DNA of 64,000 nt from positions 892,133 to 956,132 of the forward strand of contig JALWXN010000004.1 of NCBI GenBank assembly GCA_027078545.1, read 5' to 3'. The DNA is from Nitrososphaeria archaeon. Lineage in GTDB: Archaea > Thermoproteota > Nitrososphaeria > Geothermarchaeales > JDFR-13. The notes below the pieces were generated by a model. That model made no database searches. It saw nothing but the letters and a program-made list of their open reading frames with translations, and was not told the DNA's origin. Positions 1 to 9,313 of this stretch are shown piece after piece. The position numbers were made by a program, and so were the translations under genes. How positions within the stretch are numbered: the first letter of the stretch is position 1; each line of letters begins with the position of its first letter.

Positions 1-480
1 GCTGCCCCACCTGATATGGATCTCCCTCACACTATCCATCTTGTCATAACCTATCCTTGCCAGGATGTTGCTCGTCCCAGGATCGTCACCAGCACCTAGG
101 AGTAGTGAGAGACCCCTCCTCCTAACCTCCTCGTCCCACTCGAGCTCCTTCCTAGTCATCCAGTATAGGCCGCCCAGGTCTAGCATATCCCTACCAGCCT
201 TCAGCATCGCCTTTATAGCGTGGATGTTGAACTCGTACCACGCAGCGTTTATGACGTAGTCCCCCCTCCTCATCTGCTGGGCGGTCAGGTCTATATCCCT
301 TATATCACCCTTCTCAAGTATCACCTTCTCACTGCCTAGGGACTCGACGAAGGGCTTAGCGGCCTCCACGTTATAGTCTACGGCGTATATCCTACCCACC
401 TTCTCATTCCTGACGAGATCTCTAAGTATTACCCTACCAACATTCCCCAGGCCTATGAGGACGACATCGTAGCTACTCAT
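1..480 (-). CDS. saccharopine dehydrogenase-like NAD(P)-binding oxidoreductase (N-terminal part only; gene runs off the window start)
   Basis: Minus-strand translation from ATG (480-478) gives MSSYDVVLIGLGNVGRV (Rossmann GxGxxG) and LGAGDDPGTSNILA (GxDPGxxN, typical of saccharopine dehydrogenase family). No stop before the window edge; absent from ORF track because truncated. Confidence 0.55.
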   Translation of the reverse strand, partial: MSSYDVVLIGLGNVGRVILRDLVRNEKVGRIYAVDYNVEAAKPFVESLGSEKVILEKGDIRDIDLTAQQMRRGDYVINAAWYEFNIHAIKAMLKAGRDMLDLGGLYWMTRKELEWDEEVRRRGLSLLLGAGDDPGTSNILARIGYDKMDSVREIHIRWGS

Positions 481-571
481 CACGGGTCACTGGATACCCT
501 TTTAAGAGGCGATTCATTATCACCCCATGTATATAGTCAGCATCAATAAATAGGTGTAGAGCCCGGTGGGC

Positions 572-3310
572 CTAGTCCCTAGGGTTGAGTATGTTTGCCT
601 GTGCAGCCGCCAGCCTGGCGGGTATTATCCTATAGGGACTCGCACTTACATAGTCTAGCCCCGCCATATGGAGGAGGTGTATCGAGTCTGGGTCTCCACC
701 ATGCTCCCCACAGATACCTATCTCAATATTCCTCTTTACACTCCTCGCCTTCTCCACACAGATCCTTATCAGCTGGCCCACACCCTCCCTGTCAAGTGTC
801 TGGAATGGGTTTGTCTTTAGTATGCCTAGCTCGAGATACTTAGCCATAAACTTGTTCTCCACATCGTCCCTGCTGAAGCTGAAGACGGCCTGTGTAAGGT
901 CGTTTGTGCCGAAGCTGAAGAAGTCGAGCCTCTTGGCCAGCTCATCTCCGAGTAGGGCGGCTCTCACAGTCTCTATCATCGTCCCTATCTTCACGTCCAG
1001 CTCGACGCCATACTCCTCCTCAACCTCCCTGATCATTGGTCTGAGGATGTTGTCCACCACGTAGTCGACCTCCTCGGGTATCGCCACCTGTGGGATCATT
1101 ATCTCCGTCCTAGGCCTATAGCCCTCCTTGATAAGCTCGGCAGTCGCCTCGAGTATCGCCTTGGCCAGCCCCCTATAGATCTCTGGGTGGGTTATGCCCA
1201 CCCTCACACCCCTATGCCCCATCATCGGGTTTGCCTCCTCAAGGGCTGTGACACGTCTATACAGCTCCTCCAGCTCAGCGGTATCCTCACCCCTCTCCCT
1301 AGCCTCGTAGATCCTTTTGAGGAGCTCCCTAGAGTCGGGTAGGAACTCGTGGAGAGGAGGGTCTATAAGCCTGATAACCACTGGGAGGCCATCCATCACC
1401 TTGAGAACCTCCTTGAAGTCTGGCTTTATCATCTCGGCCAGCCTCTCCATGTTATGCATCCTCTCCTCCGGTGACTGGCTCAGGATTACGCTCCTAAGCA
1501 CCTCTAGCCGCTCAGGCTTCCTGAACATCCTCTCAATCCTCAGCAGGCCTATGCCCTCCGCCCCGAACCTCCTAGCCGTCTCTGCGTCCTCGGGGAGGTC
1601 TGCATTGGCCCATACACCCAGCCTCCTGAAGCTGTCAGCCCACTCGAGGAGCGTCTCCATCTCATCAGGCCATTTAGGGGTCTCCGTCGGGACCTTGCCT
1701 AGATATATGTTCCCCGTCGAGCCGTCTATGGTTATCCATTCACCCTCCCTCACAACTACCCCGTTGACCGTGAAGAGTTTCTCCTCATAGTTGATCTTGA
1801 TGGCCTCGGCACCGACTACCGCCGACTTACCCATAGCCCTAGCCACTACAGCCGCGTGGCTCGTGTTCCCACCCTTGGACGTCAGGATACCCTTGGCCGC
1901 ATAGAAGCCGTGTACATCGTCTGGGGTCGTCTCGACCCTCACAAGGATTACGTCAAGCCCCTCCCTAGCCTTCTCAATAGCAGCGTCGGGGGTGAAGACC
2001 ACCACGCCTGACACCGCTCCTGGAGATGCGGGTATCCCCCTGGCTATCGGTTTTCCATTATAGTCCTCACTTATCGATGGGTATAGGAGCTTCTCTACGT
2101 CTCTAGGGCTGACCTTCAGGACTGCCTCCTCCCTAGTTATTATCCCCTCCCTAGCCATGTCCACAGCCGTCTTGACCCTGGCCTTGGGGGTCATCTTCGC
2201 ATTCCTAGCCTGGAGGAAGTATAGCCTCCCCCTCTCCACGGTGAACTCTATGTCCTGGACATCCTTGTTGATCCGCTCAAGCCTCTTAGCCTTCGTCACG
2301 AGCTCCTCATACAGCTGGTCACTTATACTCCTGAGGTACTCGATCGGCTTCGGGGTCCTGATACCTGCCACCACGTCTTCCCCCTGCGCGTTGGGGAGGA
2401 ACTCGCCGTAGATCCTATCCTCACCCGTGGCTACGTCCCTTGTGAATACGACTCCTGTACCACTGTCCTCTCCCATATTGCCGAAGACCATGGCCTGTAT
2501 ATTTACAGCTGTGCCGTGGGCCATCTCCTCCGTGATCCTGTTTATATGCCTGTAGAAGATCGCCCTGGTGTTCATCCAGCTTCGGAAGACTGCCTTCACA
2601 GCCTCCTCAAGCTCCCTCCAGGGGTCGAGGATATCCTCTCCAAACCTCTCAACGATTATTGACCTATACCTCTCGACGAGCTCCTCCAAGCCCTCTACAC
2701 CGAGTCCACTGGGCTCCTCCGCACCATACCTACTGAGGACCTCCTCCTCAGCCTTGTTGAAGAGCTCCTTCCCTATGCCGAGGGCTATCTCGCCATACAT
2801 CTGTAGGAAGCGTCGATAGGCGTCCAGTGCGAATCGCTCGTCACCAGTCTGCCTCTTAAGACCTTCCAGCGTCTCGTCGTTGAGGCCTAGGTTGAGGATG
2901 GTGTCCATCATACCTGGCATTGAGACTGGTGCCCCACTCCTCACTGATACGAGTAGTGGGTTCTCGGGGTCGCCGAATCTACGCCCCATCCTCTCCCCGA
3001 GCAACTCCATATACTTCTTAACCTCATCCATGAGGCCCCTTGGGAGCTCGAGGCTCCTCACAAGCCTGTTGATCTCCTCCTCTATACGGCTCCTCTCCTC
3101 GGCCGTGGATGCATTCACCAACTGGTTAGCAAGTCTATCCAGCTCCTTTTTAACAGGCCTGTAGAACTCGACACAGGCCTCCGTGGTTATGGTGAAGCCT
3201 GGGGGGACGGGGAAGCCGAGCTGGGTCATCTGTGCCAGGCTACTCCCCTTACCCCCTAGGAGTTTCTTATTCTTCCAGTCCGCCTCCTCAAAGGTGTATA
3301 TGTACTTCAT
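572..3310 (-). CDS. ppdK: pyruvate, phosphate dikinase
   Basis: N-terminus KYIYTFEE...LLGGKGSSLAQMTQLGFPVPPGFTITTEAC, phospho-His motif GGNTSHAAVVARAMGKSAVVG, C-terminal FGTNDLTQ; about 912 aa. ORF track start 3388 is an upstream extension; the internal ATG at 3310 matches the conserved N-terminus. Confidence 0.85.
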   Translation of the reverse strand: MKYIYTFEEADWKNKKLLGGKGSSLAQMTQLGFPVPPGFTITTEACVEFYRPVKKELDRLANQLVNASTAEERSRIEEEINRLVRSLELPRGLMDEVKKYMELLGERMGRRFGDPENPLLVSVRSGAPVSMPGMMDTILNLGLNDETLEGLKRQTGDERFALDAYRRFLQMYGEIALGIGKELFNKAEEEVLSRYGAEEPSGLGVEGLEELVERYRSIIVERFGEDILDPWRELEEAVKAVFRSWMNTRAIFYRHINRITEEMAHGTAVNIQAMVFGNMGEDSGTGVVFTRDVATGEDRIYGEFLPNAQGEDVVAGIRTPKPIEYLRSISDQLYEELVTKAKRLERINKDVQDIEFTVERGRLYFLQARNAKMTPKARVKTAVDMAREGIITREEAVLKVSPRDVEKLLYPSISEDYNGKPIARGIPASPGAVSGVVVFTPDAAIEKAREGLDVILVRVETTPDDVHGFYAAKGILTSKGGNTSHAAVVARAMGKSAVVGAEAIKINYEEKLFTVNGVVVREGEWITIDGSTGNIYLGKVPTETPKWPDEMETLLEWADSFRRLGVWANADLPEDAETARRFGAEGIGLLRIERMFRKPERLEVLRSVILSQSPEERMHNMERLAEMIKPDFKEVLKVMDGLPVVIRLIDPPLHEFLPDSRELLKRIYEARERGEDTAELEELYRRVTALEEANPMMGHRGVRVGITHPEIYRGLAKAILEATAELIKEGYRPRTEIMIPQVAIPEEVDYVVDNILRPMIREVEEEYGVELDVKIGTMIETVRAALLGDELAKRLDFFSFGTNDLTQAVFSFSRDDVENKFMAKYLELGILKTNPFQTLDREGVGQLIRICVEKARSVKRNIEIGICGEHGGDPDSIHLLHMAGLDYVSASPYRIIPARLAAAQANILNPRD

Positions 3311-3320
3311 ATATCCACAC

Positions 3321-3372
3321 CATTTAAACGGAGAAGGCAAAGATAGTATTCCCGAGACCCTGTTATAAATCG
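3321..3372. promoter_or_regulatory. divergent promoter region between ppdK and asparaginase-like gene, with TATA-like boxes
   Basis: TTTAAA at 3323-3328 (about 15-20 nt from ppdK ATG on the minus strand) and TTATAAAT at 3363-3370 (about 27 nt upstream of ATG 3394). Confidence 0.3.
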
Positions 3373-3393
3373 ATTTTGAGGTGTACATGTAAA

Positions 3394-4296
3394 ATGTACC
3401 GGATAGTCATCCACGGGGGAGCGGGAGACTGGAGAGAGAGGAATGTGGAGGCCGCTCTGAAGAGTATAGGTGAGGCCCTGGAGAGGGGGCTGGAGATCCT
3501 CAGGAGTGGTGGCACAGCCGGCGAGGCCGTGGTAGAGGCGGTAGCGTCGATGGAGGACAGTGGATATTTCAATGCAGGTATAGGCAGCAGCCTCAACATA
3601 GAAGGGGTGAGGGAGATGGATGCTGGCTACGCAGACTCAGATGGCAATATAGGGGCGGTCTCAGGGGTCAGGAGGCCTAGGAACCCGGTCAGGCTGGCCT
3701 ACTGGGTAGCCATGGAGACTGACCACGTCCTACTGACGGGTGAAGGAGCCGACAGGATCTCCGCCTGGATCGGGCTCGAGGAGATAGGTGAGATACCGAG
3801 ACACGTCCTGAGGAGGTATCAAGACCTCATAACCCAGAGGAGGATCAGGGGTGAACGTAACAAGAGGGTGGTGGAGACCTACTATGGAGACACGGTCGGA
3901 GCGGTTGCGCTCGACGAGTATGGTAACCTGGCCACAGCCGTCAGCACCGGTGGGCTATGGCTGAAGCTCCCCGGGAGGGTTGGGGATACACCTATATATG
4001 GGGCGGGCTTCATAGCCAACAGGTACTACGCGGCAAACGCCACTGGAATAGGTGAGTATATCGTCGAGAGCCTCCTATGCAGGAGGGCCCTAGAGGAATA
4101 CATGGAGATGGGCGACATATACAGGAGCATCCAGGTCCCACTAAAGGAGCTGGGGCTTAGGAGGCCATCCTCCGCCGGCCTCATAGCAGTAGACAGGTTT
4201 GGGAACATAGCCTATGGACACAACACCCCTAGCATGGTGGTCGCCTACTACAACGGTAGAAGGGCGAAAACACTGCTTTCACGAAACAGCATTTAG
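3394..4296 (+). CDS. isoaspartyl peptidase / L-asparaginase (Ntn-hydrolase, plant-type asparaginase family)
   Basis: MYRIVIHGGAG N-terminus, GDTVGAVALD and autoproteolytic-site-like GxG region; ATG 3394 preferred over TTG 3376 given the TATA box at 3363-3370. Confidence 0.75.
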   Translation: MYRIVIHGGAGDWRERNVEAALKSIGEALERGLEILRSGGTAGEAVVEAVASMEDSGYFNAGIGSSLNIEGVREMDAGYADSDGNIGAVSGVRRPRNPVRLAYWVAMETDHVLLTGEGADRISAWIGLEEIGEIPRHVLRRYQDLITQRRIRGERNKRVVETYYGDTVGAVALDEYGNLATAVSTGGLWLKLPGRVGDTPIYGAGFIANRYYAANATGIGEYIVESLLCRRALEEYMEMGDIYRSIQVPLKELGLRRPSSAGLIAVDRFGNIAYGHNTPSMVVAYYNGRRAKTLLSRNSI

Positions 4297-4406
4297 GGAG
4301 AATCCGAATCAGATCATCAACTCATTTTCAATACAAACGTTTAACAGTTCTTTAAAATATATATTCAAGAGTAAATTGGAGTTTCGCCCCTAAAAGCCAA
4401 GTTGTA

Positions 4407-5714
4407 GTGGTCAGGAGGTCGATAAAATTGTCCATAGTGGAGAATAGAGAGGAGATACTTAAGAAGTTCTTCGAGAAGGTGGACCCCGCCAAGCTGATAG
4501 AGGAGAATGTGAGTAGGAAGGGGGACGTCCTAAACATCGCGGGGGAGAAGCTAGACCTAAGGAAGTATAGGAAGGTCTATCTACTGGCCTACGGCAAGTC
4601 GGCATACAGGATGGCTGTGGGGCTCTACCCATACATCTCGGACAAGCTGGTAGACTCATTCGTCATCGTCGACAGGAGGAGCGGGGCGAAGGACAGTAGG
4701 TTCAGGATCTTCTGGGGTAACCACCCAATACCTGACGAGGAGGTCTATACAGCCACTAGGGAGATCATCAAGAAGGTTAGGTACTCGAGGAAGAGCTTCC
4801 TCATGTTCAACCTCATATCGGGTGGAGGCTCCGCACTACTCGAGTATCCATTCGCAAACCTTAAGCCGATAGACCTCGAGCGTATGTGGAGGATCCTCCT
4901 AGACCTAGGGCTCAACATACACGAGATGAACACTGTGAGGAGGCACCTCTCCGCGGTTAAGGGTGGAAGGCTGGCCAAGCTCCTATACCCCAGCAGGGTA
5001 TTCAGCCTAGTCATAAGCGACGTGGTGGGAGACCCGATACACGACATAGCCTCCGGCCCAACCGCACCAGACCCGACGACATACAAGGATGCATGGAACA
5101 TCCTCCTTAAATACGATGTGAATAGGAAGTGGAAGGCCTCCAGACTCATCAAGAGAGGTATGCAGGGGGCCCTGGAGGATACCCCCAAGCCTGGAGACCC
5201 CGTCTTCCAGAGGGTTACGAACAAGATCATAGCCAACATACCCCTAGCAGCGAGGATGTTCGCCGAGACACTGGAGGAGTTCGGGATGAAGACTGAGCTG
5301 GTCGATACACAGGTCGAGGCCAGGCCTGAGGAGGCGGCTGACAGGATATTCAGGGAGCTAATGGATAGGCTCGAGCCTGGCAAGGCCTATATCTATGCCG
5401 GGGAGCTCTACGGCCCAGCCGGCAAGACGGGTATCGGCGGCACAGCCCACGAACTGGCTCTACAGCTATACCTACGCTTCAGGGATGCGGATGTAGAGAT
5501 AATAGCCTTCGACACCGACGGCCTAGACGGGAACTCACCCGCAGCTGGCGGGATACTCAGGACTAATGAGGTCGGCGTAGGTGTAAGGGATATACTAGCC
5601 GCTATAGAGTCTAAGGACACCTATACATTGATGCAGCAGGCAGGGCTCAGCCTCCACACAGGCTATACAGGGGTGAAGATGGGGCAGATATGGGCCCTAT
5701 ACAAGCCTGGATAG
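4407..5714 (+). CDS. glycerate 2-kinase (MOFRL family)
   Basis: Motifs ISGGGSALL, HLSAVKGGRLA, ISDVVGDPIHDIASGPT, C-terminal DTDGLDGNSPAAGG. Start uncertain: GTG 4407, TTG 4428 or GTG 4437; AGGAGG at 4413-4418 and TATA-like TTTAAAATATATAT at 4351-4364. Confidence 0.7.
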   Translation: MVRRSIKLSIVENREEILKKFFEKVDPAKLIEENVSRKGDVLNIAGEKLDLRKYRKVYLLAYGKSAYRMAVGLYPYISDKLVDSFVIVDRRSGAKDSRFRIFWGNHPIPDEEVYTATREIIKKVRYSRKSFLMFNLISGGGSALLEYPFANLKPIDLERMWRILLDLGLNIHEMNTVRRHLSAVKGGRLAKLLYPSRVFSLVISDVVGDPIHDIASGPTAPDPTTYKDAWNILLKYDVNRKWKASRLIKRGMQGALEDTPKPGDPVFQRVTNKIIANIPLAARMFAETLEEFGMKTELVDTQVEARPEEAADRIFRELMDRLEPGKAYIYAGELYGPAGKTGIGGTAHELALQLYLRFRDADVEIIAFDTDGLDGNSPAAGGILRTNEVGVGVRDILAAIESKDTYTLMQQAGLSLHTGYTGVKMGQIWALYKPG

Positions 5715-5766
5715 CCACGCCACAACAACCCCGATTTAAAGCCTAGTGGACCCGGAATAGCTAGGT

Positions 5767-6669
5767 ATGGAGATAAGTATAGTAGACGTATCTCCCAGGC
5801 CGGGTATAGAGGGAGATATCTGCCTCTACGCCATAGAGACTGGAGAGGGGCTGATCCTCGTCGAGGCAGGGCCACCCAACGGGTTCCAACGCCTCGAGAA
5901 ATGGCTGTTGGAGAGGGGATACAGCTTCAGCGACATCAAGTACGTCCTACTCACCCATATCCACCTAGACCATGGTGGTGGAGCTGGATACATTGTACAG
6001 AGGGGTGGGAGGCCAGAGATATATGTACATCCACGTGGGGCTCCACATCTTGTAGACCCCTCCAAGCTATGGAGGTCGAGCCTAGAGACGATAGGCGACG
6101 TAGCCAGGGTATATGGAGAGCCCCTACCAGTGCCGGAGGAGCTAGTGAAGATCCCGAGTGATGGGGAGATGGTGGAGCTCCTAGGCCTGGGCTTCGAGTT
6201 CATCTATACACCTGGCCATGCCAAGCACCACATGTCTATCTACCTAGAGGATGAGGACATACTCTTCACGGGCGACTCGGCAGGCCTATACCACGGAGGC
6301 ACGGTGATCCCGACCACCCCGCCTCCCCACAACGTTGAGGAGAGTATTGCCAGTATCAGGAGGATGATGTCCCTAGCCCCCGGGAGGCTGGGATATACAC
6401 ACTTCGGGATAGTTGACGACGCACTGGACTGGCTCGAGAGGTATGAAATAGTCTATAACAAGTGGGTCAACCACGTGGAGAGGGGCTATAGGGAGGGACG
6501 TGGCATAGACGAGATCTACAGGGAGCTGAGACGTGTAGACCTTGGGATAGAGGTCCAAGAGAGGTTCTTCAGGTATAGGGGGTATGGGGAGGAGGAGGTC
6601 CTACTCAGCCTCTACGGGATCTATAGCTACTACGAGTGGCTCGAGACTCGTTCCAGCTCAGGATCTTGA
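5767..6669 (+). CDS. metallo-beta-lactamase fold hydrolase
   Basis: LLTHIHLDHGGGAGY (HxHxDH zinc site), downstream TPGHAKHH and FTGDSAG. Confidence 0.8.
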   Translation: MEISIVDVSPRPGIEGDICLYAIETGEGLILVEAGPPNGFQRLEKWLLERGYSFSDIKYVLLTHIHLDHGGGAGYIVQRGGRPEIYVHPRGAPHLVDPSKLWRSSLETIGDVARVYGEPLPVPEELVKIPSDGEMVELLGLGFEFIYTPGHAKHHMSIYLEDEDILFTGDSAGLYHGGTVIPTTPPPHNVEESIASIRRMMSLAPGRLGYTHFGIVDDALDWLERYEIVYNKWVNHVERGYREGRGIDEIYRELRRVDLGIEVQERFFRYRGYGEEEVLLSLYGIYSYYEWLETRSSSGS

Positions 6670-6970
6670 GGTGGTAGATATAGACCTTCGTATCCCTAGG
6701 TAGCTCACCATAAATATCCCTAAGAATCCCCTGGAGCTCCTCCAACGACTCGAACCCATCTATAACCGCGTCCCACTCATTCAGGGTCTCCAGACTCTTC
6801 TCAACAATATCCTCAACCACCGCCTTACCATAGATCTTACCATTGGTATCAGCTATGTAGACCGTCTCCCCCAGCTCATACTTCTTCTCAAGCCTGATAG
6901 TCGTCCTCTTCCTCCCACTCCTGAGGAGCTCGAGATACTCCGGCCTAAACTTCATCTTCCTATGCCTCAT
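6605..6970 (-). CDS. ASCH domain protein (PUA-like; possible N4-acetylcytidine amidohydrolase-type RNA-binding protein)
   Basis: MKFRPEYLELLRSGRKRTTIRLEKKYELGETVYIA resembles the ASCH/YqfB N-terminus. Start ATG 6970 overlaps the tmcA 3' end by 11 nt; alternative ATG 6955 lies 4 nt after the tmcA stop. The track's longer N-terminal extension is rejected. Confidence 0.6.
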   Translation of the reverse strand: MRHRKMKFRPEYLELLRSGRKRTTIRLEKKYELGETVYIADTNGKIYGKAVVEDIVEKSLETLNEWDAVIDGFESLEELQGILRDIYGELPRDTKVYIYHLKILSWNESRATRSSYRSRRG

Positions 6971-9281
6971 CCCCCTCACCCTTGAGGACGTAGTAAAGCC
7001 TAAGCTTAGCCACAAGCTCCCTAGTCTTGTTAACCACCTCCTCCATATCCAGGTCGAAGTACATGGCAACCTTCTCCCAAGGCCTAGCCTGTAGAACCCT
7101 GTTTATCAATACATACTCCCACAGCCTGGGTATCCGGACCCTCTTATCGGGGCTCCTCATAAAGTGGGTCTTAACCACCTCCCTTATGGCGTCGTAGGCC
7201 CCTCCGAAGGCCATCCCGCCATAGATATACATCTTCAGCCTCTCCCTCTGGGCCCTGCTCAGGCTCGGCTTATAATCCATCTCGAAGGGGTCCATGGAGA
7301 GGAGCTGGTACGCAAGCTTTGGCTCAAGGTTGAAGTGGCACTCGAACAGGGTGGTCATCAAGAGCTTCTTAAACTCCTTCCTAGCCCTCCTGACAACCTC
7401 CTTCGCCCTCCTACTCAGCGGCCTTATAACCACTGTGCTGAACTCCCCTGAGACGGCGTTCCTAACAGGGCTTAGGTATAGGGGGGCGAAGCCGTTCCTC
7501 CACCAGAAGTCTAGGAGCTTATCAGTAGCCCCGAAGCTCGCGCCCACCCAGTCCATACCCATCTCCCTAGCCTCCTCCACAACCTTCTCCAACGCCTTGC
7601 TACCAACACCCTTCCTCATAACGTCTGGATGGGTCGCTATCCTCACTACCCTTATACCTCTCATCTCCGGTATGCCTTCAAGGTGTGGATAGTAGCGGAG
7701 GAGTATCGTGGGTATAACATGTCCACTGGGCGGGTCTCCAGCCAAGGTGCGCATCACGTCCTCCTCGGTCATCGCCCCCTCATAGGCGAGGTGTAGGCTA
7801 TTTATGACATGCCCCCTATACATCATCGCCCGCATGAAGTGGTGCGGAGCATCCATCAGGATCATCAGGTCGTTGGGCCTGTTCCTATAGTGTGCATAGA
7901 TGTAGATGCCGATATACTCCTTGAGGAGGTCACGCTTCTTGAATAGCCACTCCTCGGGATCCGGCTTGACGTATCGGAGTCTAGAGAGGTCTAGGTCGAA
8001 GATCTCCGCCTCACTATATGGATATGGGTCAGCGTCTAGGAAGAAGGTCTTGAAGAGCCAGTCCTCCACAGGGTCTTCAGGGGCGTATCGGATCGGCTCA
8101 TCCATATCCACCTCTATAAGCCTACCCCCGAAGACCTTCCTAACCATTGGTAGGAACCTTACCTGGAACCCCCTACCAGCACCCTCATAGCCGTGGAGGG
8201 TGCTTGAGAAGACCGACTTCTCAAACTTCTCGGCGATATGCTCTAGGATATGGGTGGGTATACCGCTGGCCTCATCCACAACTATGAGGTCCGCCTTCAC
8301 CTTGTAGCTGGTGGGCGGGTTGATATAGGCTATCTTACCCAGCGTACTATTGATCTCCACGATCACCCCGCCCTGCTTCTTAACATTATGCTTCACCCCA
8401 TGCTCCCTGAAGACCATCCTGATGAAGCTGAATATCTCCTTGGTGTTTACCGGGTCTGGAGCCGTGACATAGATCTTCAGCTTATCCTTCTTCGAGGCCT
8501 TCTTCAACATATAACCTGCAACCCCGAGGCCCACGGCGGCAGATTTGCCCCTACCCCTATCAGCCGTCACGACCACGCTTCCACGGGGCATTGAGGAGAG
8601 CTTATCGATAGCCCTGATCACCCTTACCTGGTCCTCGGTGAGGGCCCTCCTATATATCGACTCGTCGAAGGATATGTCGCTAGGTATCTCCGGGGGCCTA
8701 CGTACATAGTCCGGATACCTCACCTCCCTACCCGCCAGGCCACCATCCTCATGGAAGAAGACTCCTGGATGCTCCTCCAGGCTCTCGACGAAGTATCGCT
8801 GGAAGATCGTCTGTACATCCTCCAGGGTGAAGGGGGAGGTGACCATATCCCTGTGGAAGGGTGTCTTCATATTCTTCCACCTCTCCCTCTCAGGGGAGAG
8901 GACTATTATGTAGCCCCCGCCCCTCACAACCTCTATTACGCGGCCTACATCGTTCGGCCTCATATCCCTCCTGAGATCAACTATCAGGGCGTCCCAGGTG
9001 GTGCCGAGTATCCTGTTGAGATCCTTGAACTGGACATACTCAGGCCTCGCCCTCGAGTCGATACCCTTTGATAGTGGCTTCCACATATTGTTCTCAGACT
9101 TGGGCTCCTTACCCGCGAATAGTAGGCTGTAGGACTCCCCCCTCACCCCGTCATACCTATTCACGATGTCTAGGAGGGCCTCGGGGGAGGGCTCCTCGAT
9201 AACAATCATCCTCCTATGGAACTCCCTAAGCGCGTTCCCAAATATCTCCTCCGGCCTATATATCTCAACCTCCCTCTTCAT
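6960..9281 (-). CDS. tmcA: tRNA(Met) cytidine acetyltransferase TmcA (archaeal Nat10/Kre33 homolog)
   Basis: 773 aa; helicase-like Walker A TADRGRGKSAA, DEASGIP, HGYEGAGRGF, C-terminal GNAT acetyltransferase region. Confidence 0.85.
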   Translation of the reverse strand: MKREVEIYRPEEIFGNALREFHRRMIVIEEPSPEALLDIVNRYDGVRGESYSLLFAGKEPKSENNMWKPLSKGIDSRARPEYVQFKDLNRILGTTWDALIVDLRRDMRPNDVGRVIEVVRGGGYIIVLSPERERWKNMKTPFHRDMVTSPFTLEDVQTIFQRYFVESLEEHPGVFFHEDGGLAGREVRYPDYVRRPPEIPSDISFDESIYRRALTEDQVRVIRAIDKLSSMPRGSVVVTADRGRGKSAAVGLGVAGYMLKKASKKDKLKIYVTAPDPVNTKEIFSFIRMVFREHGVKHNVKKQGGVIVEINSTLGKIAYINPPTSYKVKADLIVVDEASGIPTHILEHIAEKFEKSVFSSTLHGYEGAGRGFQVRFLPMVRKVFGGRLIEVDMDEPIRYAPEDPVEDWLFKTFFLDADPYPYSEAEIFDLDLSRLRYVKPDPEEWLFKKRDLLKEYIGIYIYAHYRNRPNDLMILMDAPHHFMRAMMYRGHVINSLHLAYEGAMTEEDVMRTLAGDPPSGHVIPTILLRYYPHLEGIPEMRGIRVVRIATHPDVMRKGVGSKALEKVVEEAREMGMDWVGASFGATDKLLDFWWRNGFAPLYLSPVRNAVSGEFSTVVIRPLSRRAKEVVRRARKEFKKLLMTTLFECHFNLEPKLAYQLLSMDPFEMDYKPSLSRAQRERLKMYIYGGMAFGGAYDAIREVVKTHFMRSPDKRVRIPRLWEYVLINRVLQARPWEKVAMYFDLDMEEVVNKTRELVAKLRLYYVLKGEGDEA

Positions 9282-9313
9282 CTCCGCCCAATATAGGATA
9301 ATAGCTATGTGTA

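Noticed and set aside
65-259. 64-aa plus-strand ORF at the window start
   Set aside because: It overlaps, on the opposite strand, the 5' part of the saccharopine dehydrogenase-like gene that has a Rossmann motif; the translation is low complexity.
595-3164. Several 80-160-aa ORFs on the plus strand inside the ppdK region (595-843, 822-1064, 1317-1790, 2157-2411, 2568-2819, 2880-3164)
   Set aside because: They lie antisense to a strongly supported 912-aa PPDK gene, have low-complexity Ser/Leu/Pro-rich translations, and are typical shadow ORFs of a GC-rich coding strand.
3311-3388. N-terminal extensions given by the ORF track for ppdK (to 3388), lrp (to 31281), prpD (to 48438), macro domain (to 11934) and acyl-CoA dehydrogenase (to 57221)
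   Set aside because: The extensions are low-complexity and precede internal ATGs that coincide with the conserved N-termini of the respective families and with TATA-like boxes; the longer models are artefacts of taking the longest ORF.
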